The notes below the pieces were generated by a model. It was not told where the DNA came from, did not search any database, and worked only from the letters and a program-made list of their open reading frames with translations. Both the position numbers and the translations under genes were made by a program. 64,000 bases of DNA from Dehalococcoidia bacterium (lineage in GTDB: Bacteria > Chloroflexota > Dehalococcoidia > DSTF01 > RBG-16-68-14): contig JBBDXS010000003.1 in NCBI GenBank assembly GCA_040902195.1, positions 108,752 through 172,751 on the forward strand. Reading direction: 5' to 3'. Shown here piece after piece: positions 1 through 9,165 of the stretch (positions are counted from its first letter, which is position 1; every line of letters begins with the position of its first letter).

Positions 1-207
1 CGCTACTACATCGGTTGTACCGAGCGGCCCGAGAAGCGTCTCGGGGAACATAATGCAGGCAAGAGCGCTTCCACGAAGGCATATCGGCCGTGGGAGATGG
101 TGCACAGAGAGGAATTCTCTACACTAATCGAGGCCCGTCGGCGTGAGCGCCACTTGAAAAGCATGAAGAACCGTGCTTATCTTGAGAGGGTTATCTTGGG
201 CGATTAG
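1..207 (+). CDS. GIY-YIG nuclease family protein (small UPF0213-like), 5' end outside window
   Basis: Frame 1 is open from base 1 to TAG 205-207. Translation: RYYIGCTERPEKRLGEHNAGKSASTKAYRPWEMVHREEFSTLIEARRRERHLKSMKNRAYLERVILGD. This shows the YIG...R..EHN...E pattern of small GIY-YIG proteins. Absent from the ORF track because no start codon lies in the window. Confidence 0.7.
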   Translation, partial: RYYIGCTERPEKRLGEHNAGKSASTKAYRPWEMVHREEFSTLIEARRRERHLKSMKNRAYLERVILGD

Positions 208-343
208 CTCAGTGGCTAGAGCGTCCCGATTACATCGGGAAAGCCGCAGGATTAGCGAGAGGGTTATCGTGGGCGATTAGCTCAGTGGCTAGAGCGTCCC
301 GATTACATCGGGAAAGCCGCAGGATTAGCGAGAGGGTTATCGT
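198..343 (+). repeat. Two tandem 73-bp units, each a 5' fragment of a tRNA-Val(UAC)-like gene (pseudo-tRNAs)
   Basis: Units 198-270 and 271-343 are near-identical. Each has gggcgattagctcagtggctagagcg plus the anticodon arm tcccg-ATTACAT-cggga (anticodon TAC), then attagcgagagggttatcgt in place of a T-arm and 3' acceptor strand. The unit tail repeats the last bases of the GIY-YIG ORF. Confidence 0.8.
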
Positions 344-419
344 GGGCGATTAGCTCAGTGGCTAGAGCGCTTCCTTCACACGGAAGAAGTCGCAGGTTCG
401 AGTCCTGCATCGCCCACCA
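344..419 (+). tRNA. tRNA-Val (anticodon CAC)
   Basis: 76-nt cloverleaf. Acceptor gggcgat/atcgccc, anticodon arm cttcc-TTCACAC-ggaag, T-arm gcagg-ttcgagt-cctgc, encoded CCA. Confidence 0.9.
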
Positions 420-431
420 GAAGTCCAATGT

Positions 432-517
432 GCCGAAGTGGCGGAATGGTAGACGCGCTACGTTCAGGGCGTAGTGTCCGCAAGGGCGTGTGGGTTCAAA
501 TCCCACCTTCGGCACCA
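432..517 (+). tRNA. tRNA-Leu (anticodon CAG), long variable arm
   Basis: Acceptor gccgaag/cttcggc, anticodon arm ctacg-TTCAGGG-cgtag, long variable arm, T-loop ggttcaaatcc, encoded CCA. Confidence 0.9.
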
Positions 518-580
518 AACGAAATCGATGGGGCCCGGGGCGGCCGGGTCCCGCACGAATCGGGTACAATCAAGCGTCGT

Positions 581-656
581 GCGCTCGTAGCTCAGCGGAT
601 AGAGCGCTGCCCTGCGGAGGCAGAGGTCGTGGGTTCAAATCCCGCCGGGCGCACCA
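581..656 (+). tRNA. tRNA-Arg (anticodon reads GCG)
   Basis: Acceptor gcgctcg/cgggcgc (one G-U pair), anticodon arm ctgcc-CTGCGGA-ggcag, T-loop ggttcaaatcc, encoded CCA. The anticodon is G-C-G by position count rather than the ACG more usual in bacteria. Confidence 0.85.
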
Positions 657-696
657 CTTCTTTCTCAGGCGATCGAGCGGTCGCCTAAGGCGACAC

Positions 697-727
697 GTCG
701 TGGTTCAAATCCCGCCGGGCGCACCAC
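697..727 (+). repeat. Orphan duplicate of the tRNA-Arg(GCG) 3' end (T-arm + acceptor + CCA)
   Basis: gtcgtggttcaaatcccgccgggcgcacca repeats 626-656 with a single-base deletion. No matching 5' half lies upstream; only a short hairpin gtcgcc-taa-ggcgac is present. Confidence 0.7.
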
Positions 728-818
728 ACCTCCCTCGTCCCAGTGATCTAACGTCGTACATCTCGCACCTCCCTGCTAGGCTGTCGGCAAACGCTACGCA
801 AGGAAAGGAGGCGTCGCT

Positions 819-1724
819 ATGCGCGACTTCTTCGCGGACATCGACTGGAGCCGCTGGGCCGAGACCGCCTGGACGACAAGCGCGAGAGTCATCTTCATCA
901 TCGTCGGGACGTACATCGCGCTCGTCATTATCCGGCGCGCGCTGCGGCCGGCGATCCGCGCGGCCATCCGCGCGCGACAGCCGGGCGAGCCCACAGCCGA
1001 GATGGAGAACCGCGCCGAGACGCTTTCGCATGCGGCGGGGCGCACGATTACCGCGATCGCCGTCTTCCTCGCGTTGCTCACCGTCCTGCCGGAGTTCGGG
1101 ATCAACATCGGCGCGTTGCTCGCGGGCGCGGGCATCGCAGGCGTGGCGCTGGGCTTCGGAGCGCAGAGCCTCGTGCGCGATGTGCTGAGCGGCGTCTTCG
1201 TCCTCGCCGAGAACCAGTACGCGAAGGGTGACACGGTAACCATCGCGGGCGTCACGGGCATCGTCGAGGACGTCAACCTGCGGCGCACGGTGCTGCGTTC
1301 GATCGACGGGACGGTCCACAGCGTGCCGAACGGCACGATCACGATCTCGAGCAATCTCACGCGCGTGCAGCCCGCCGCGAGCGTCATCGTGAGCGTGGCG
1401 TACCACGAGGACCTCGACCGCGTCTTCGCCGTGATCGATCGCGCCGGCGCCGATCTGGCGGCCGACCCGGCGTGGGCCGGCATGGTCGTCGACACGCCGA
1501 AGGCGCTCGGCGTCGAGGAGTTCGCCGACTCCGCGATCCGGGTCCTGGTCTTCGGCACGACGAAGCAGGACAAGCAATGGGACGTCATGCGCGAGCTGCG
1601 CAAGCGGCTCAAGCTGGCGTTCGACGCGGAGGGTATCGAGATCCCGTACCCGCACCGGACGCTGATGACGACGCCGGACGGCCTGCTGGTGAGGCAGACC
1701 GGGGATGGCGCAGCCGCAGTTTGA
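819..1724 (+). CDS. Mechanosensitive ion channel family protein (MscS-like)
   Basis: N-terminal TM helices followed by GIAGVALGFGAQSLVRDVLSGVFVLAENQYAKGDTVTIAGVTGIVEDVNLRRTVLRSIDGTVHSVPNG, the MscS pore/beta-domain signature. Confidence 0.85.
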   Translation: MRDFFADIDWSRWAETAWTTSARVIFIIVGTYIALVIIRRALRPAIRAAIRARQPGEPTAEMENRAETLSHAAGRTITAIAVFLALLTVLPEFGINIGALLAGAGIAGVALGFGAQSLVRDVLSGVFVLAENQYAKGDTVTIAGVTGIVEDVNLRRTVLRSIDGTVHSVPNGTITISSNLTRVQPAASVIVSVAYHEDLDRVFAVIDRAGADLAADPAWAGMVVDTPKALGVEEFADSAIRVLVFGTTKQDKQWDVMRELRKRLKLAFDAEGIEIPYPHRTLMTTPDGLLVRQTGDGAAAV

Positions 1725-1794
1725 CGCGCACGTGAGAGTGCGCGTATGCTGCAACCTGCGCCCGCACATCCTGTGACGCGACCGGAGGCAAACC

Positions 1795-2964
1795 ATGCGC
1801 TTCTTTAGCTTCCATCTCATGCCCTATCCGAAGCTCCCAGCGGACTACGACGGCCCGGCATGGGTGACCTGCCCGAACGAGTTTTTCGACCCGAAGGTGG
1901 GGCACGAGGTCTACAACCGCTACCTCGATGAGCTGGTCTACGCGGACGAGCTTGGCTTCGACGGCGTCTGCGTCAACGAGCACCACCAGAACGCCTACGG
2001 AATCATGCCCTCGCCGAACCTGATGGCGTCGATCCTCGCGCGACAGACGAAGAACGTGAAGATCGCCGTCGTTGGAAACGCGCTGCCGCTCTACGATCCG
2101 CCGACGCGCGTCGCGGAAGAGTTCGCGATGATCGACAACATCTCGGGCGGGCGGCTGATCGCGGGCTTCGTCGTCGGCGGCGGGCCTGAGTACTACTCGT
2201 TCTCGATCAACCCCGCGCACGCTCGCGAGCGCTTTCAGGAAGCGCACGACATCATCATCAAGGCGTGGACGGAGCCGGGGCCGCAGGAGTACATCGGCAA
2301 GCACTACAAGCTGCGCTTCCTGAACACGTGGCCGAAGCCGATGCAGAAGCCGCACCCCGAGGTCTGGATCCCCGGCGTCGGATCGCTCGAGACGATGGAG
2401 TTCGTCGCGAAGCACCACTACGCCTACATGGGCATCCCCTATTTCCACATCGACGTTTTCGATCGCAGCTTCCGCCTGTTCCGTGAGGCCTGCGAGCGCG
2501 AGGGGTACACGTACGAGCCGAAGCAAGCGGGCTGGCTCGCGCCGATCTATGTCGCGGAGACCGACGAGCAGGCGCGCGCCGAGTACGAGGAGCACTTCTG
2601 GTACTTCGTGAAGCGACTGCTCCCCGGCATCAACATCCAGCCGCCGGGCTACACCTCGCTGCGCTCGATGGAGAACATCATGAAGGGCGCAGGCACGTTC
2701 GCGATCGGCCTGAACACGTGGGACCAGGTCGAGGAGGGTGTGTACGCGGTCGTCGGCTCGCCGGAGACGGTGTACAAGAAGCTCGAAGAGAACCTGAGAC
2801 GCCTCGGCACCGGCAACCTGCTCGGCCTGTTCCAGCTCGGCACGCTGCCGGCGGACCTGACGAAACGCAACCTCGAGCTGTTCGCGCGTGAAGTGATGCC
2901 CAGGCTGCGCGAGCGCTTCCCCGAAGGCAAGGCGATGCTCGAAGCGAAGGAGGCGGTAGCATGA
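1795..2964 (+). CDS. LLM-class (luciferase-like) flavin-dependent oxidoreductase
   Basis: MRFFSFHLMPYP...GFDGVCVNEHHQNAYGIMPSPNLMASILA is typical of luciferase-like monooxygenases. A 4-nt ATGA overlap couples it to the next gene. Confidence 0.85.
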   Translation: MRFFSFHLMPYPKLPADYDGPAWVTCPNEFFDPKVGHEVYNRYLDELVYADELGFDGVCVNEHHQNAYGIMPSPNLMASILARQTKNVKIAVVGNALPLYDPPTRVAEEFAMIDNISGGRLIAGFVVGGGPEYYSFSINPAHARERFQEAHDIIIKAWTEPGPQEYIGKHYKLRFLNTWPKPMQKPHPEVWIPGVGSLETMEFVAKHHYAYMGIPYFHIDVFDRSFRLFREACEREGYTYEPKQAGWLAPIYVAETDEQARAEYEEHFWYFVKRLLPGINIQPPGYTSLRSMENIMKGAGTFAIGLNTWDQVEEGVYAVVGSPETVYKKLEENLRRLGTGNLLGLFQLGTLPADLTKRNLELFAREVMPRLRERFPEGKAMLEAKEAVA

Positions 2965-3785
2965 CCGCCGCCGTCGTCGCGGAGGAGCTCGTCGAAACGC
3001 GCATCGGCAAGATCGAGGTGCGCAGGGGCGGATCCGGCAAGCCGATCGTGTACCTGCACTCCGCAGCGGGCGAGGGCGCGGGCCTTGCGTTCCTCGACGA
3101 ACTAGCCAGCACACGAGAACTCTTCGCGCCGATGTTCCCCGGCTTTGGCCTATCCGAGGGCATCGAGCAGATCGATGATATGGAGGACGCCGTCTTCCAC
3201 CTGCTCGACTTGTTCGACCGGCTTGGTTTGCGAGCACCGGACGTCATGGGCCTCTCGCTGGGCGGCTGGCTAGCGGCCGAGCTGGCCACGCGCTACCCGG
3301 ACCGCCTCTCGAAGCTGATCCTCGCGAACCCCGCCGGTCTCTACATCGAAGGCGCGCCGATCAAGGACATCTTCGGCCGTAGCCCGAAAGAGATGGCGCA
3401 GGACCTGTTCGCTGATATGTCGCACCCAGCCGCGCAGATGATGCTGCGCATCAACGACGAGATGTCGAACGTTGCGGCGCTGGGCCAGGCGATCCCGTTC
3501 GAGCTGCTGAAGCCGCAGCTCCAGTCGATGGCGGCGACGGCGCGCGTCGGCTGGAACCCCTACCTGCACAATCCGAAGCTACGCAAGCGGCTCGCGCGGA
3601 TCACCGCGCCGACGCTCGTCATTCGCGGCGAGAAGGACACGCTGATCCCGGCGCCGCACTGCGAGACGTACGCCCGCGAGATCCCGGGCGCGAAACTCGT
3701 CGAGATGTCCGGCGTCGCGCACATGGTCTCAATGGAACAACCGAAGGAGCTCGCGGCGCTCGTGAACGAGTTCCTCGGAAGCTGA
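2961..3785 (+). CDS. Alpha/beta hydrolase fold protein
   Basis: Nucleophile elbow GLSLGGW and a C-terminal GVAHMVSMEQP (His) motif. Length and layout are typical of the family. Confidence 0.8.
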   Translation: MTAAVVAEELVETRIGKIEVRRGGSGKPIVYLHSAAGEGAGLAFLDELASTRELFAPMFPGFGLSEGIEQIDDMEDAVFHLLDLFDRLGLRAPDVMGLSLGGWLAAELATRYPDRLSKLILANPAGLYIEGAPIKDIFGRSPKEMAQDLFADMSHPAAQMMLRINDEMSNVAALGQAIPFELLKPQLQSMAATARVGWNPYLHNPKLRKRLARITAPTLVIRGEKDTLIPAPHCETYAREIPGAKLVEMSGVAHMVSMEQPKELAALVNEFLGS

Positions 3786-3916
3786 ACAGCCTGGCAATAA
3801 TCGGTTGACGGGCCGCTTCCGCGATCTTGTATCATGGAAACCGCGCGTTCGCGCGATACGAGGTGGTGGTCGGCGCGCCGGCGGGAGCGCGATGACCTGC
3901 GCCGTCTGGAGCAACC

Positions 3917-4477
3917 ATGTTCGGCCGAGCCGGGTCCCTCGCCCTTGCCCTGCTCGCCGGCCTGCTGATGCTGGCCGTCGCGTGTGGCGACGACAACGGC
4001 ACGACATCGGGGGCGACCGCGACGGTATCGACCGATGAGGCCGGGACGCCGTCGCAGGATATACGCAACGAAGACCTGACCGCGCAGCCGGGCCTGAGCG
4101 ACTTCCTGTCGACGTCCGGCGGCTCGGTCAATCCGGAGCGAATGTTGTACGCAGACCTGACAAACGACGCAGTCGACGAAGCCATCGTGCCGGTAGGATC
4201 CGGCGGCGAGGGCGGCGATATCGCCGTGTTCGTCTATGGCTACGAGTCGGGAGGCGTGACGGAGCTGCTGCGCGCGTTGCCGGAGGACCAGTCGACAATC
4301 GCCACGGAGCTACAAGACGGCGCGCTCGTCACGTCCGAGCCTGTGTACGCGGACGGCGACCCCTTCTGTTGCCCAAGCCAGCTTCGCGTGAAGACGTACG
4401 GTTGGGACGGCAGCGCGCTCGTCGTCGACGACGAAGAGCTGGAGCAAGAACCAACACCGAAAGGGATCGACTACTAG
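3917..4477 (+). CDS. Putative lipoprotein, unknown function
   Basis: Signal peptide with lipobox LAVAC-G (MFGRAGSLALALLAGLLMLAVACGDD). No recognisable domain. Confidence 0.5.
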   Translation: MFGRAGSLALALLAGLLMLAVACGDDNGTTSGATATVSTDEAGTPSQDIRNEDLTAQPGLSDFLSTSGGSVNPERMLYADLTNDAVDEAIVPVGSGGEGGDIAVFVYGYESGGVTELLRALPEDQSTIATELQDGALVTSEPVYADGDPFCCPSQLRVKTYGWDGSALVVDDEELEQEPTPKGIDY

Positions 4478-4479
4478 GC

Positions 4480-4971
4480 ATGGCGACGCCTCTCGGGCAC
4501 AGCATCGTCGGCTACGCCGTTGCCCGCGCGGCAGGCGTTCGTTCGCGCGGCGGCATCGCGCTCGCGATCGGCGCGGCGAACTTGCCGGACGTCGACTTCC
4601 TGGCGGGCTACATCTCGAACGGCGACGTGCTCTCGCTCCACCGCGAAGTGATTACGCACCGGCCGGTATTCCCCCTGCTCGCGGGCGGCCTTGCGGGGCT
4701 AGCGGCGACAGCGCTTGCGCTGGCGCGCGGCGAGCGGCCCGGCGTGGGCAACGTCGTGCGGCCGGCCGCCCTCGTGTCGGCGCTCGTGAGCACGCACGTG
4801 CTCATGGACCGGCTGCCGGTCCCGTATGATGTCTTACCAAAGCGCAACGGCTCGACAGCGGAGGTCTTCCTCACGGAGGCATGGAACGCCGTGGTCGATA
4901 TGGCGACCTACGGCACCTTCGTCGTGCTCGCCCTCGAGCGCAACGGCAACGGCCGCAAAGCAGAGGCGTAG
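4480..4971 (+). CDS. Membrane-bound metal-dependent hydrolase-like protein (YdjM/DUF457-like)
   Basis: Start moved to the ATG at 4480 (MATPLGHSIVGYAV...). The upstream Arg-rich extension in the track overlaps the previous gene. Hydrophobic, with GH..G and PDVD motifs. Confidence 0.5.
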   Translation: MATPLGHSIVGYAVARAAGVRSRGGIALAIGAANLPDVDFLAGYISNGDVLSLHREVITHRPVFPLLAGGLAGLAATALALARGERPGVGNVVRPAALVSALVSTHVLMDRLPVPYDVLPKRNGSTAEVFLTEAWNAVVDMATYGTFVVLALERNGNGRKAEA

Positions 4972-5027
4972 AGCAGCCCAGCAGGGGTTCCCTGGCCACA
5001 TTACCGTTGTGGCCGCAGGCAGGCGGC

Positions 5028-5049
5028 GGACAGAGCTGAAGCTCTGTCC
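5028..5049. terminator. Candidate bidirectional stem-loop between convergent genes
   Basis: ggacagagc-tgaa-gctctgtcc (9-bp stem, 4-nt loop) lies between the stop at 4971 (+) and the stop at 5076 (-). There is no clear U-tract. Confidence 0.35.
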
Positions 5050-5075
5050 TACAGCGCCTCGCCTAATCAAACGTC

Positions 5076-5831
5076 CTACTTGTAGATCTGTCCGCCGTCC
5101 ACGACGAGGACGTGGCCGGTAACCATGCGCGCGTCGTCCGAGCAGAGGAAGACGAGCGGACCGATCAGGTCGTCCGGCAACATCTCGCGGCGAAGCGCGC
5201 GCTCCTGCGCTATGCGCTGGTAGCGCTCCTCCGGCACGATCGTCATGTCGCTGCTGCGCACGAGGCCCGGCGCGAGCGCGTTCGCGCGCACGCCGAACGG
5301 CCCTGCCTCGCGCGCGATGGTCTTCGTGAGGTTCTCGAGGGCGGCCTTAGCGGCGCTGTAGTGCGCGCGGCCTTCCGGCGCGAGAAACGTGTTCACCGAC
5401 CCCATGTTCACAATCGCGCCGCTCCGCTGCTCCTTCATCGCAGGCAGCACGGCGCGACAGGCGAGCTGCACGCCGGTCAGGTTGACACGCAGCACGAGGT
5501 CCCACTCCTCCGGCGGGATCTCGAGGAACGGCTTGCGTTCCAGCCTGGCGTAGACCGCCGCGCAGGTGACGAGGATGTCGATGCGTCCGAAGCGCTCCAG
5601 CGTCTGGCGCGCCATCGACTCCGTCGACTCGACGCTCGCGACGTCGGTGTGGAGCGCGAACGCCTCGCCGCCGGCGTCCTCGATCGCCGAGGCGACCTGT
5701 CGCGCGGGCTCGTCCGCGATGTCCGCGACCGCGACGCGCGCGCCTTCGCCAGCGAGGCCTTTTGCGAACGCGGCGCCGATCCCGAGCGCACCGCCCGTGA
5801 CGATGGCGACCTTACCGGAGAGACGGTCCAT
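5076..5831 (-). CDS. SDR family oxidoreductase (FabG-like)
   Basis: TGGALGIG cofactor motif, NMGS, and the YSAAK catalytic Tyr-x3-Lys. Confidence 0.85.
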   Translation of the reverse strand: MDRLSGKVAIVTGGALGIGAAFAKGLAGEGARVAVADIADEPARQVASAIEDAGGEAFALHTDVASVESTESMARQTLERFGRIDILVTCAAVYARLERKPFLEIPPEEWDLVLRVNLTGVQLACRAVLPAMKEQRSGAIVNMGSVNTFLAPEGRAHYSAAKAALENLTKTIAREAGPFGVRANALAPGLVRSSDMTIVPEERYQRIAQERALRREMLPDDLIGPLVFLCSDDARMVTGHVLVVDGGQIYK

Positions 5832-5925
5832 GGGAGCAGTATAGAACCTGAGAACCTTAGAACCATGGGACCAAACTCAGCATGCGCCTGATTCCGCGGT
5901 TCCAAGGTTCCCTGGTTCTGCGGGG

Positions 5926-7416
<1,491 letters not shown>

Positions 7417-7485
7417 GTCGACGCGATTCTAGCATGGCCCGTCGCGCTTGAGCGCGCAGCACCGCCTCGATAGGATGGTGGCGCT

Positions 7486-7665
7486 GTGTCACTCGTTGCG
7501 CACGTCGCCGTGTTGGGGGTATTGCTGCTCGATCTCGCGTTGGGCGGCGCGGCCGTCGAGCGGCTGGGCGGCAGGATCGCGATGACGGGTTTCGAGTTTG
7601 CGATCATCCTGGGGTATGTCCTGTTCGTGCTCCAGTGGCTGCCCTGGCGGCGCGACGACGGCTAG
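7486..7665 (+). CDS. Possible small membrane protein (59 aa)
   Basis: GTG start. VSLVAHVAVLGVLLLDLALGG...FEFAIILGYVLFVLQWLPWRRDDG gives two hydrophobic helices. Below the ORF-track size cutoff. No clear RBS. Confidence 0.3.
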   Translation: MSLVAHVAVLGVLLLDLALGGAAVERLGGRIAMTGFEFAIILGYVLFVLQWLPWRRDDG

Positions 7666-7738
7666 GAGTACACGCATCAAGCCCTGAGTAGTTCGAAGCT
7701 CGAAGTTTTCTTCGCTCCGGCCGAACATAAGCAGTCAA

Positions 7739-7767
7739 GTTGACACCTCGTAAGTCGGCTGTTACCC
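7739..7767 (+). promoter_or_regulatory. Candidate sigma-70-type promoter with a ~200-nt leader before the 7975 gene
   Basis: TTGACA (7739-7744), 17-nt spacer, TACCCT (7762-7767). Confidence 0.3.
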
Positions 7768-7974
7768 TCGATTTCGTTCGACTGTGGATAGGGATGTCGC
7801 GGCCGAATCTAACGTAAGAACGGTCTGACGTTCCGGGCACGGCCCGCCACACGCGGCGGCACATGTGCTGAGGAGCCGGAGTCCCAGGGCCGCGGTCCGC
7901 CCCTGTAGGCGGACGACAATAACTGCCTAGCGACCGGTGGGGGCGCTGGCAAGGAAGGCCACGAGGGACGACCG

Positions 7975-9165
7975 ATGAGGCTCGCCCCCGACCCCGTTCC
8001 GTCCCCGCCTAAGGCGGGACGATTCCTCTCCCGAAGCGTCAGGCCTCTGCTGCTCGTACGCCTTGTCGTGCTCGTCGCAGTGGTCGCGGCCGGGCTTACG
8101 GTTGGCTACCTGTTCGGCATGCCGGGCCGCAACGACGACGCCTCGGCGGAACGGCCCGCACTTCCGGAAGCAAACGCCCCTCTGGTTGTCTACACCGAGT
8201 TCGCATCCAGCGCGGACGCGCTCTGGGTCGCCGATCCGGACGACCCGAGCGACCGCACACAGCTCGCGCTGGTGCCGCACGCCGCGAACTACGGCATCGT
8301 CGCGAGCCTGTCGCCCGACGCCCCGCGCGTCGCCTACACCGTGCTGCCAACCTCGGCCGCCGATCCCGCGCCCGACGTGCCGGCGCAGCTCTGGGTGCTC
8401 GATCTGGCGTCGGCCGACGCGAGCCTCGTCGCGGACGGCATCGATCTGCTCGTCGCGCCCGTGTGGTCACCGAGCGGCGACGCTGTTGTCGTGCGGCGCA
8501 GCACGTGGAGCGATGACGTCGGCGGCCATTTCGAGCTGCTGCGCGTCGCGCTCGATGGCACGTCGAACACCCTCGTCTCGTCCAGCGACGGCCTGTTCCC
8601 GATCGACTTCACGCCGGACGGCGGCGCCGTTTACTACGCTTCGATCGGCGCTGGCGGTACCGATCTGCTGCGCGCGTCGCTCGCAGGCGCGGCAGCCGCG
8701 AGTGAGACCGTCGCGCACCTAAGCGACGGCTTCGCGCGCGATTGGGAGCTTTCGCCGGACGGCTCGGCACTCGCGTACCTGGTCGACGGCCCGGCGGGCA
8801 TCGCCTTCGAGGCGAAGATCCTCGATCTCGGGTCGGGTGCTGCGGGCCAGGCGATCGCGGGCGAACCTCTCGAGGCGTTCAGCCCGGCGTGGACGCCGGA
8901 CGGAACGCTGACCCTCGGACGGACCGAAGGCGCGGCGCAGGTCGAAGGCGGCGCGGCGTTGTCGCTGCCTAAGCCGAACGGCGGGTTCGACGCGCCGCTG
9001 TCGTGGTCGCCGGACGGCGCGCACCTCGCGTTGCGCGCGTTCGAGGGCGCGTCGGTCTCCGAGCCGGGGGCGAGCCGCGTCGTCATCGCGAACGGCAGCA
9101 CGCGACACGTCCTGGCGGACACCGGCGACCTCACGGTGCTCGGCTGGCTGAAGGTGTCGCCGTGA
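7975..9165 (+). CDS. Membrane-anchored PD40/TolB-like beta-propeller protein
   Basis: N-terminal TM helix (LLLVRLVVLVAVVAAGL), then repeated SPDG/TPDG/WSPDG motifs characteristic of PD40 repeats. Confidence 0.6.
   Translation: MRLAPDPVPSPPKAGRFLSRSVRPLLLVRLVVLVAVVAAGLTVGYLFGMPGRNDDASAERPALPEANAPLVVYTEFASSADALWVADPDDPSDRTQLALVPHAANYGIVASLSPDAPRVAYTVLPTSAADPAPDVPAQLWVLDLASADASLVADGIDLLVAPVWSPSGDAVVVRRSTWSDDVGGHFELLRVALDGTSNTLVSSSDGLFPIDFTPDGGAVYYASIGAGGTDLLRASLAGAAAASETVAHLSDGFARDWELSPDGSALAYLVDGPAGIAFEAKILDLGSGAAGQAIAGEPLEAFSPAWTPDGTLTLGRTEGAAQVEGGAALSLPKPNGGFDAPLSWSPDGAHLALRAFEGASVSEPGASRVVIANGSTRHVLADTGDLTVLGWLKVSP

Noticed and set aside
661-727. An attempt to fold 661-727 as a complete additional tRNA (the anticodon-like loop cctaagg suggested UAA).
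   Set aside because: There is no 5' acceptor strand or D-arm, and position 33 would be C. Only the T-arm and acceptor 3' half are tRNA-like.
705-3289. Very long ORFs antisense to, or in alternate frames of, the MscS/LLM/hydrolase genes (e.g. 705-1820 -, 1609-3237 -, 2678-3289 -).
   Set aside because: They are Arg/Ala/Pro-rich low-complexity translations, typical of stop-codon-poor frames in high-GC DNA. The opposite-strand ORFs have clear family motifs.
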